Below are positions 41,436-52,286 of a stretch of 64,000 nt of DNA, piece after piece (position 1 is the first letter of the stretch; every line of letters starts with the position of its first letter). The notes below the pieces were generated by a model. It was not told where the DNA came from, did not search any database, and saw only the letters and a program-made list of their open reading frames with translations. Position numbers and translations under genes: made by a program. The stretch lies in the NCBI GenBank assembly GCA_047967505.1, contig CM106538.1. The stretch is one strand, 5' to 3'. Source of the stretch: Dipteris shenzhenensis. Its lineage: Eukaryota.

Positions 41436-41990
41436 ATGTGAGGCAAATGTGACCTGTGAACTCTGAACATTTCATCAACCTTTCTAGTAGTAACCAATCC
41501 AAACCTTTTCTTATGCATGGCTCACAGGGTTGTGCAAAATACTGTTAAAAGATTATCTTTTGTGTTTTATTTTAGACCTCTTTTGTTCTACTACTATGTT
41601 CCATCTCTTCTACTCAATGCACAAACAGCCAGAAAAAATAACGGAGTCAATGTTAAAAAAACCAACAATATTGTCATCCTCCAATTTCACTATTCTTTTT
41701 TGAAAACAACCATCCACACAATAGCCTTGAACTTATCTTAGTCTACGTGATCATAAGGTCAATCAACATGAACAAGAGAATTACTCCCAAAGTCTCACAT
41801 GAACAACCAGTAAAATAGCAAAGTCTACAACTCAGCATATGGATATCCTTAGAGAAAAAATACCAACCAATACCAAAATTTTTGGGCTTCTTATGTTTGA
41901 TTATTGGTTCAATATGTTTGGGCACAAAGGAAGAAAGTGTTTTAATCATGGTGCAACATAGTCATGAAATCAAATAGTCAAATAGGGAGC

Positions 41991-42380
41991 AACCAATTCG
42001 GTGCCATATAGCAAATACTAACTGATTTATTGCTATATAGTTGATCTATTGACAAATAGTAACCAATTTTGTGCTATATGGCATAGAAAATAACCAATTT
42101 AGTGCTAACTAGAATATATACTAATGGTTTTGGTGCCATATAGATAATCTATTAATAGACAATAAACCGATTTAGTGCTATATAGCACATACAATAGCTG
42201 GTGTGGTGCTATGTATCTACTTTATTGACAGAGACTAAGTGATTTAGTGCTACATAGCTAATTGATATAGCCGATGTGGTGCTAGTGCTATGTATCTACT
42301 TTATTGATAGAGACTAAGTGATTTAGAGCTACATAGCTAATTGATATAGCTGATGTGGTGCTATATAGCACATAAAATAA
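41991..42380. repeat. Short degenerate repeat array (~11 copies of AACCGATTTAGTGCTATATAG-like motif)
   Basis: The motif recurs every ~30-45 bp with variable AT-rich spacers. Confidence 0.8.
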
Positions 42381-42719
42381 CTTTTATCCATGTGAAAGAG
42401 AACTCATACAACTGCATAACATAAAGAGAGAACTTGTGAATGTGCAATGTGCTTTCCAGCATAGACAAACAACATTAGAAGATAATAATTAAATATAGTT
42501 TTAATTACAAAAAATTATTTGGTAGGTACATTGGTCTTACAAAATCTCTAGCTCCTTCACAATATAGTTTTTTACATAATGTGAACCATAATATATGTAC
42601 AAGACTAATGACGAGAGCTTCCCTCATGTTGTGTACTCTCACAAAAAGGCAGTCATATTGCTCTTTGGGCATGGATACCTTATCGTTTGGATTGCTTAAC
42701 TTGTTCATTTTATAAAAGT

Positions 42720-43919
42720 TTCAGCAATCATGTGCAATGTTCCACATAGCCAGCTAGTATATCAACATTTTTGTGAGCTAAAAGGGATCCTGCTAATTGT
42801 CCTTGAGATCAAACCTCTCATGACAAATGCATAACTTTAGGGTCATTCAGGATGGACTTGTACAGCATGTCATCAACAAGCAGTGTGTTGTCAAGGTTAA
42901 ATTCGATATAGAACCTCTAGATGCATTCAATATTCTTGAAGAAAATGAATTTCTACCACCGATAACTTGTAGGAACCCTAGGCACATCCCCAAACTAAAA
43001 TGGTGCCTCTGTGCATTCATCTTATACTAGCTCTACCAAAAAAAATCATTCTCCTACACAAGTTAGGAAATGCTTGTTGCATTGTATTTTCCATATTGCG
43101 GTAGGTACAATTGCTCCAAATAATTAAGCCTCTCCCCCTATAAATCCTATGTCTTTCTATAGCAAACTCCATTCATGTTCCATCCTGTTCATCTTTGTGC
43201 GCTTGCACTCTGCAAAATACAAGTCTCGACTAGCGACCTAAAGATCCTAGTGTTCCTCATCAAGCGCCAACTTCAAACATCCCAAGGTAATCTCAGCTAC
43301 ACTTGTCATTCCTGCAATGCCATCTTCCTATTTTTTCTAGAATTCTAGGCTCATATAAAACATGTTTTTCACTAGCATTGTGGAAATGACAGGTTTTACA
43401 TTGGAGGGTGAAGGGAACACACCATGCAAAGATCTTATATTCTCTTCCCATCTCTTGTGCTTTGCACCTAGATGCCCTCAAACCTCAGCATGTTCCATTG
43501 CACTCTATGCAAATGGAGCCCATGCAATGGTGAAAGGCTGCATGTCCTCGGCTCTCTGCGATGACTTGCAATTCTCCGAAAGACTTTGCAAAAAATTGCC
43601 CAACTTTGTAACTGGGTGGCCCTTCTTGATAGACTTCATAATCATGACTCTGCACAAGCTTCTTGGCAAACTCATCACATACATGATACGACTTTATTTT
43701 CTTATGCCTAGTATGCGGTTTGGGACATGCAAATACATACTCCCAGTCTACAAGGTTGATGTCTTTTGAACCTGTACATATCTCCCTTGGATCTATTCCA
43801 ACCATACTAAGCCCATACTCCTTATTAAACTCCCGTGCATACTGGCAAATTTTATTTTATACTGGCACATGCACTTGTGATATCTTCTTATATGCCTTGC
43901 GAGTTGCATTAGCTTCCAT
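42720..43919 (-). pseudogene. Decayed gene with C-terminal FCP1/NIF-like HAD phosphatase domain
   Basis: An acceptor (CTTTGCACAG) precedes ACCATGG at 43919 (MEANATRK...). Downstream fragments read GLIIWSNCTYRNMENT (43130), *DECT, FIFFKNIECI*RF..FNLDNTLLVDDMLYKSILNDP (~42950-42838) and DPFL. These match the IWSS / QxxC / NTLLxDDxPYK motifs of plant NIF proteins. The N-terminal catalytic motif was not found. Confidence 0.7.
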
Positions 43920-44134
43920 GGTCTGTGCAAAGACAGAAAGACTAAAAGTCAATGTATGTTGCGTAACTCTGAATTCAGTAGTCATTAAAAAAGGGCAGCT
44001 TTTGAAAGTCTATCCTCAACAGTGCTTAAATTTTTTGTGTAGATTGAGCTTCCCAGTTCATGTCACTGCATCCCCAAAAATCCAAAATGTCACTAGAATT
44101 AAAGTGACCTCATGAACAAAGCTTCATTGGCACA

Positions 44135-44137
<3 letters not shown>

Positions 44138-44193
<56 letters not shown>
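44138..44193. repeat. (AG)n microsatellite, (CT)n in the putative 5' leader of the minus-strand NIF-like gene
   Basis: Direct reading of the sequence. Confidence 0.95.
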
Positions 44194-44197
<4 letters not shown>

Positions 44198-44990
44198 TGA
44201 GGGAGAGAGGAGCAGCATAGAGAGGGAACTTGAGCCTTCCTAAGAGCTTCTGACACAGAGAGGGAACCTGAGCTATCTAGAGAGGAAAAGTGGGTGTTTT
44301 GAAGAATTAAAATTTTTTGGGAACTTCACAAAAAGTTTTATGAAGCTTGAAAGTGTGTGGCAAATTTAAGCATGGATTCTCAGCTTCACCACTCACACTT
44401 TCAAAAAAAGTTCATCACACTTCACCTGTTTGAATCCTCAGTGTGGGGACATTGAAGTTGAGCTGAACGATAGCACAGTACCATAGACGACGAATATAGA
44501 AAACTAAAGGTCTTCAACTTGCAGGATAGGGGAACAAATGATTGACAACATGATGGTTGTGGTGGAGGGTTTGCATTAAGTGTAGGGGTGAAATTCACAA
44601 TGGGTATGCCTCTTTCATTTTTGTGTTTACTCCAAAGTTCACACTGATGGCCTTGACGATGTCCATCGTCAAGCCCAGAATATAAGCGCATGCTTGATTG
44701 TTTTGTCTTTGTTGTGTATTCCAGTTCTGGTTCTGTTGTCTTCTAGGTGTTGCATTGTTATATCTTGGGTTCGCTTGTGCTCGCACCTATTTGGGTAGCT
44801 TGTGCTACTGGTTGCATATGAGGAGGTAACCTCCTCCTATAACTTGGATTATACCAACACTTTTCTTTATGATGATTATCTTTTCCATAGTACTCACATG
44901 GTACCTTTTCTTTCTTTGATTCTACTCCCATACTCTTCAACTCTTCCTTAATTATCTTCTCAAGTTTAGAGTCTCCTTTGGGACTCATTT

Positions 44991-45161
44991 TGTGGGGGTT
45001 AAAGGTCACTGTGCCTTAACCCCGGTTATGTACAATACTCAAACACATATATAAATGAACGAAAAAGAAGATTAGGGTGGTTCTGCACCCACCAAAACTT
45101 GTGTGGCTCTCTGTCTCTCTCTCTCCTTCTTCCGTTCTTGCTTCCATTGAGAGCACTCTCA
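44991..45161 (+). repeat. 5' LTR of outer copia
   Basis: TGTGGGGG...CTCTCA with a TATATAAA box. It is identical to the 3' LTR at 168/171 positions. Confidence 0.97.
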
Positions 45162-45163
45162 AC

Positions 45164-45175
45164 TGGTATCAGAGC
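45164..45175 (+). promoter_or_regulatory. Primer-binding site (tRNA-iMet) of outer copia
   Basis: TGGTATCAGAGC, 2 nt after the LTR end. Confidence 0.95.
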
Positions 45176-46667
45176 CCGAGTGATCTAGCTGAGCGTGCGT
45201 GAATGCTGGAAGCTCAGCAGCTCTGTGGGAGGAAGGAGAAGCTCTGTGGGAAGCTTTGTGGGTGACTTTACTTGCGTCCGAGTGTGCAGAGACCTTGGAG
45301 GAACCTTTGGAAAAGTCACTTTGGCTTTGCGAAGTGGTTTTGAGAGCCTGTTAAGTGGTTTCAAAGAAAAAGTCGTTTTTGGAGCTTTTCCCTATTCCGT
45401 TCGATGACAAAGACTCCGTATTGACTTGTAGAGGCAACTATTGCTTGCTTTTGGTGTCCACTTCACTTCAGGAGCTTGGAAACACCTTCATTCTTGAATC
45501 TGGGATCATTTCATTGGAATTCTGACTCATTGTGTCAGTTCCTGCGTTTTTCGCCCGGGTGTTGGAACTCAAGTTTGGAGCAACCATTTGCAGATCTATC
45601 AGTTCCGGTGGACTCAGGAGGTCCTAAAACTTCTATGTTGCTCATCATTCGCACTCCGGTGGAGTTTACAAACAGCTCTGTTTCAAAAAACGTTTTTCAG
45701 TCCGTGTGTTGGACCCAGTGATTGAGACCACGGTTTCCAAAACCGTCTATCTCATTGCGTTCCGGACGCCCAAAAACCCCTACCTATCAGTGTTGAGATA
45801 TCAAGCTCTACCCCCGATATATCTCCTGGATGACTATCATTTATGTCACCGCCTATGTTAGTTGTACTCGTGGTGTAGTTAGACTACCACGTATGTTTTT
45901 GGTTTGGGTTCACATATGAACCACGTATTCTAGGTTTTGACATATAGGGTATTTCCCTCTTCTATTGTATCGTTGTTGTGTGCAAAAGTGAAGAAAGGCT
46001 TCACCCTCCAACCTTGTGTCTTCTCTCTTTTGAGTGTTGTGAAGAAAGTTGAACTTGAGTCTCCTATCTCTCTCCCTTATTCTTTTCATGGTATCAGAGC
46101 CTTGTTCGTGGTAAGGAGCTCAAGAAAGCAAGCCAAGTTTGTGGTGTCCTGGTAAGAGGACCAGTGTAGCTTTCCTATTTCGAGTTTGGGAGCAAATCTC
46201 TGCAAGTAGCACAGCCAGAAGTGCAGGAGTGCACTGCTTCAGATTGAGAGGCCCTTCGCGGTGCGGCGAGAGCGCAGTATATGCTGCGGGAAAGGGCGAA
46301 GTCCTTGGTGACTTTATTTTTCTGATTTGAGGCCGTTTCGGGGCCCGTTTTGAAGGCAGAAGTTCTTCGCAGGCACTCAGAAAAAGGCCCTGTTTTTACT
46401 GTGCGACCACTGCGCGCGGCCAGTCGGTGGAAAGGTGCCACAGAAATTGCATCGTATGCCTGTGTGCAGAGATATTGGGAGTTGCAGATTCATGCCTGTT
46501 GCTTGTTGATGCAAAATCGTCACTAGGAAGTGACTGTGTGGTGAAATACCACTTTCGTCAGTGTTGCAGATCTGCCCCTGTGAGGCTTTTTGCAGAAGGT
46601 TTGCTATTTGCCCTTGTGAGGCATTTGCTGTGTTTACAGGTTGCTGTTGCAATTCATGATTTGTAAA

Positions 46668-49600
46668 ATGTCTGAGAATCTGTCTACCATTGTCAGTGAG
46701 AAGCTTGACAAGAACAACTTCCAAGCATGGAAGTTCAGGATGACAAACTTCCTTATGGGAAAGGGAGTTTGGGATTACATCAGTGGTGAAACTGTAGAAC
46801 CAGTTTTGGGTACTGCTCCCACTCCTGCTGAATTGAAGGCCTTTAAAGAATGGCATGAAAAAGCCAGAAAATGCTTGTATTGGCTGTCTGTTAGCATTTC
46901 AGATTCTATGATTGTGCATATACAGGATGTAGAGACGCCTAAGGAGGCATGGGATACATTGGTGAAGCTGTATAGCACAAATACCAAAGCACGAAAGATG
47001 CAGCTAAAGCAGGAGTCGCACAATGTGCAAAGGAAAAATCTGAATATAAATGAGTATTCCTTGAACTTGCAGATTCTCTTGCCTCCAATGGAGCACCTGT
47101 TGATGATGACTTAGTGTCCGTGACCTTGAATGGTCTTGGGAAAGATTATGCACAGTTTCGGACATCCATTGGAGTCCGTGAAACATTTCCTGATTTTCAG
47201 GAACTTATTGCTCTCTTGCTGAGTGAAGAGCAAAGGAATGGTGGTTCAGCCACCTCAACTTCTCAAGAGACTGCTTTCTACTCGAATACAGGTAGAGGCA
47301 GGGGTAGAGGAAGAGGCCGTTTTGGTGGCCGTGCAGGAAATCAGAACCAGCAGCAACAACAAGAAAACCAGTCCTATGGAGGAGGACGTGGTAGTTCTAG
47401 AGGCAGGGGGAGCCAAAGAGGCCGTGGTTCATGGCAAAGGAACCAGCAAGTAAATAGCAGCACAGAATGCTATTATTGTGGAAAGCCTGGACACAAGGAG
47501 AATACATGCTATAAAAAATAGAATGACATCAAAAGTGGGAAGTTGCAGCAAAGCAACTATGCATCATCAAGTGGGCATGGTGACGACAGAAATGAGCACC
47601 TTTTTGTGATGCAGCATATGGTTAACTCCATGTCAGGAGATGTTGCAGCTTGCAATGATGTTTGGTATGATGATTCAGGTGCCTCTAACCACATGACCAG
47701 TCATGGTGAGTGGTTTCATGATGTTAGAAATTTGGATAAGCCAGGTTATGTTGAAACAGGTGATGATACTGCGCACCCAATTACGCAGGTTGGTAAAGTG
47801 CCATTGGCTATGCAGGATGGCAAAACGAAGTACTTGGCAGATGTACTTCATGTTCCAAAAATCACTAAGAACCTGGTTTCAGTTGGCCAGATGGTTGAGC
47901 AAGGTCTGCAGGTTAGATTTAATCCTGATGGATGCTTCGTTGAGGACTTGAAAAATAAGTGCTGCTTAGTTGCGAAAGGCAACAAAAATGGCAGAATGTT
48001 CACCTTGGATGTTGATATGCCTGAGGTGAAAGCTGCTATGTTTGCGCATGGGAGAGGTGTCATTGTAGATATTGAGATATGGCACAAGCGCATTGGGCAT
48101 GTGAATATACAAAGGCTGAAATCTATGCAAACGAAAAACATTGTTGCAGGTTTGCCTAAATTCAGAGTTGAGGGAATGCAAAAGGTATGTGAAGCATGCC
48201 AAATGGGTAAGCAGGCCAGACATGCATTTCCCAAAAATGCTAAGGTGAGCAGAAGACCTTTGGAAGTGATCCATTCAGATGTTTGGACAACCAAAGCTGC
48301 TTCTATTGGTGGATGCCATTATTATGTGACGTTTATTGATGACTACACTAGGAAGGTGTGGATTTATTTTATGAAGCACAAAAGTGAAGTGTTCAGCCAT
48401 TTCAAGGCTTTTAAGGCCATGGTTGAAAAAGAGAAAGGTGTGCATATTAAAGTGCTAAGATCTGATGGAGGGGGAGAGTACTTTTCAGAAGAATTTTGTG
48501 AATATCTGAAAGAACAGGGAATTCAAAGGAAGTACTCATGCAGGTCTACCCCTCAGCAGAATGGGGTTGCAGAAAGGAAGAACAGGCATATTGCAGAAGT
48601 AGGACGGGCGATCCTAAATGAGAAAAACATGCCTGATTATTTTTGGGCTGAAGCAGTAGCAACTGCTGTTTATATTATGAACAGAACTCCCACTGCAGCT
48701 GTCCATGGCATGACGCCTGAAGAAATGTATACAGGCCAAAAACCAGATATTTCTCACTTGAAGGTATTTGGTTGCATAGCGTATGTTCATGTTCCTGATG
48801 AGAAGAGAACCAAGCTGGATCCAAAGGCAGAAAAATGCATCTTTATTGGATATGCTCAGCACTAGAAAGGGTATCGCTGTTATAACCCTTCCACCCGCAA
48901 AATGCAAGTGAGCAGAGATGTTGTTTTTGATGAAATGAGCAGCTGGTATGCACCAACTGTTATGGTAGGAGATGCAGATGCAGGAAATGGGAATGCTGCA
49001 ATAAATGCAGAGCAGCAATCTCAAGCCTTGAGTGGACCCAGAGAGTCCTCTACTAGTGGATCTAATGCATGGACAGGGAGATTGAGATCTAGTGAATCGT
49101 CACATGGCAGCCCTGATAGTGTTGTGTAGGTATCACATAAGGGAAAAGAAAAAGTGGACCATGCACCAGTGTTTGATGTGTCTGCTGGTAGCTCTCATGT
49201 TGATGGAGAGTCAAGTGGCTCTGAAATGAGCCTTGATGAGGAACTTGGGATTCCTTCTGTTGTTACACCTGGTGCAAGGAAAAGCAGGCATGATTTAAAG
49301 ACTCCTGCAACTGATCCAGTTGTACGGAGGTCCACTCGTATTAAGTATCCAGTTGACAGGCTGAGATATGATGGGTATACAGCACATCACTATGCTTATA
49401 TGGTTAAGGTTCTAGAGGAGCCAGAGCCCACATGTTTTGAGGATGCAGCAGGGCATAAAAATTGGGAAGCAGCTATGGATGAAGAGATGGCTGCCTTGGA
49501 TGCAAACCACACTTGGGATTTGATGCCTTTGCCTCATGATAAGAAGGCTATTGGCTGCAAGTGGGTTTACAAAGTAAAGCACAATGCTGATGGGTCTGTT

Positions 49601-51010
49601 AGCAGGTACAAGGCAAGATTGGTTGCCAAAGGTTTTGCGCAAACATATGGAATTGACTATGAGGAAACTTTCAGCCCAGTTGCAAGGATGGCAACCGTGA
49701 GAGCAGTAATTGCTATGGCTGCTGCAAAGGGATGGTCTTTGCATCAGATGGATGTGAAAAATGCCTTCTTGCATGGTGATTTGCAGGAAGAGGTTTATAT
49801 GATGCAGCCAGAAGGTTATGAGGATAATGCACACCCCGATTTTGTATGCAGGTTGTGCAAAGCCTTGTATGGCTTAAAACAGGCGCCGAGGGCATGGTCA
49901 GACAAGATAGGGCAATATCTTGTCACTATTGGATTTCAGATTTCCAATTCAGATTTTTCACTTTATGTGAAAAGGACAAACAGAGGGATTGTGCTTGTAG
50001 TCATCTATGTTGATGACTTGATTATTACAGGTGATAGTGATGCAGACATTAATGAAGTGAAGCTGCTGTTGAAGCAGAAATTTGAGATGAAGGATTTGGG
50101 AGAGCTGCGTTACTTCTTGGGCATTGAGGTTATTAGATCCCCGAGTGGGATATGGCTGTTGCAAAGGCAATACGGTTTGGACATGCTGTCCAAATATGGG
50201 ATGACAGGCTGTAAGCCTATTTCTGTTCCATTGGAGTAGAATGTGAAGCTCAATGCAGAGACAGGTGAGCTTCTTGAAGATATTACTATGTACAGGCGCA
50301 TAGTAGGAAGCTTGATTTACATGACTATAACCAGACCAGATTTGAGCTATGCTGTGGGGCTGGTAAGTCAGTTTATGCAGGCACCGAGGAAGCCACATTT
50401 GGATGCGGCTAGGCGCATACTGCGGTATGTGAAGTCCACATTGCATTATGGACTATTTTATGAAGCTGGGTGTGCATTACAGGTACATGGATACACAGAT
50501 GCTGACTGGGCTGGTAGTGTCTCAGACAGGAGATCTACTAGTGGTTTTATGTTTTCCCTTGGGAGTGGTGCCATCAGTTGGAGCAGCAAGAAGCAGCCAA
50601 CAGTTGCCTTGTCGAGCACAGAGGCTGAGTACAGTGGTTCAGCAATGGCTGCATGTGAGGTAGCTTGGTTACGGAAGCTACTTGCAGATATGGGACAATC
50701 AGTTCATGCAACAGTTGTCATTCATTGTGACAACATTAGCAGCATCATGCTTGCTAATAACCCAGTTTATCATGCTAGAACGAAGCACATTGAGGTGCAT
50801 TATCACTTTGTGAGAGAGAAGGTTCTAGCTGGTGAGATTGATCTTGTCTATGTCAGCACTGAGGAGGAGGTGGCTGATATTTTTACGAAGGCATTGGGTA
50901 CCGAGAAGCTTCGCAGATTTAGGAGCTTGCTTGGTGTACGTGAGATGGATTTGAGCTTGAGGGGGAGTGTTGAGATATCAAGCTCTACCCCTAATATATC
51001 TCCTGGATGA
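46668..51010 (+). pseudogene. gag-pol: Inner copia gag-pol (GAG, CCHC, PR, IN, RT, RNase H) with one frameshift and four in-frame TAG stops
   Basis: Contains KLDKNNFQAWKFRM, CYYCGKPGH....C, DSGASNHM, WHKRIGH, RSDGGGEY, QQNGVAER, YVDDLII and RTKHIEVHYHF. The frameshift is at ~47065; TAG codons are at 47519, 48863, 49127 and 50237. Confidence 0.95.
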
Positions 51011-51265
51011 CTATCATTTATGTCACCGCCTATGTTAGTTGTACTCGTGGTGTAGTTAGACTACCACGTATGTTTTTGGTTTGGGTTCACATATGAACCA
51101 CGTATTCTAGGTTTTGACATATAGGGTATTTCCCTCTTCTATTGTATCGTTGTTGTGTGCAAAAGTGAAGAAAGGCTTCACCCTCCAACCTTGTGTCTTC
51201 TCTCTTTTGAGTGTTGTGAAGAAAGTTGAACTTGAGTCTCCTATCTCTCTCCCTTATTCTTTACA
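50968..51265 (+). repeat. 3' LTR of inner copia
   Basis: TGTTG...TTACA, matching 45791-46088. Confidence 0.97.
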
Positions 51266-52080
51266 ATCAGTTCTTGCGTGATTCGGTGGAGGATTTTCAG
51301 AGTTATAAATCTTTGTGTATTCGATTTCGTCTCTCTGTTATGCATTTTTCATACTAAGGTTTTGAAACCTTAGATTTATGCCACATGGCAGTGGATAAGT
51401 GTTGACTCCCATTTCTCACTCATCGGTTGGGATTTCGGAGTTCTGGGAGAAGAGAGATATTTGCAGATTTTCTTGCTGATTCCGATTATGCAATGGCGCC
51501 CATGTTTTGAGGCATCTCAGGTTCTATTTTCAGTAGCGCTCATTACCGTGGGACTATGATTTCTTGAGCATACCTTATGCAGATCACTCTGGTTGCAGTT
51601 TGAGCAATGTGCGCTCATTCGTGGTATGCATTGGGTTGCAGTGGATGATTTATAGGCCATTTGGATGCATTACGGTCCTTATTGGATGCGCTGATAGGCC
51701 CAAATTGCCTTGTGGGATGCTATTTTTATGGACGCTTTGCACATGGATGCTATTTTATGCTGAGGGACAGCTTTGACACATTGTTGGTGATGCACTGATA
51801 GTGCTATGCTCTCTTGGATGAGATATAATTGATGCATATGCCAGTGGACGGTGTTTATGCTTGAGTCATTTGGCACTTATTGGCATTTTCTTTTGGGCCA
51901 GATTTGCTCATATGGATGCATAGTATATGCACATGAGTCAGATGCATCTTTTGATGCTTTGAGCTTTGAGTCTTTTGTGATATTTCAGTCTATTGTGGCA
52001 TACACATTTGGGTGCACCTGGTATTTGGTGTGATTCTCTCTTGCAGGGACTAGCATTTGGGATTTTGTTTCATTTGCATC

Positions 52081-52286
52081 ATGGCATCCTCTTCCATGCC
52101 TGAAAAGGAGTTTTTCAGCATTAAAAAGTTTGATGGGACAAACTTTTCTTTGTGGAAAGAACAAATAAGGGATGTGCTTATTCAAAAGAAGCAGATTAAA
52201 CCCTTGGCAGGGATTGAAGCTAAGCCTGCAAATATGTCTGAGGATGATTGGAATGAGTTGGATGCATTAGCAAAGTCTACTATTAG
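52081..52286 (+). pseudogene. gag: Outer copia gag N-terminus, truncated by an internal deletion
   Basis: MASSSMPEKEFFSIKKFDGTNFSLWKEQIRDVLIQK...AKSTIR, then an abrupt jump to pre-integrase sequence. Confidence 0.9.

Larger units (their letters stand above)
45791..51265 (+). mobile_element. Nested full-length Ty1/copia retrotransposon (inner, different family)
   Basis: The 298-bp LTRs at 45791-46088 and 50968-51265 have 3 mismatches. The TSD ATCAG lies at 45786-45790 and 51266-51270, the PBS at 46089-46100, and the PPT GAGGGGGAG before 50968. Confidence 0.98.

Noticed and set aside
47848-50446. Antisense ORFs over copia pol
   Set aside because: They are shadow frames of the sense gag-pol with no independent motifs.
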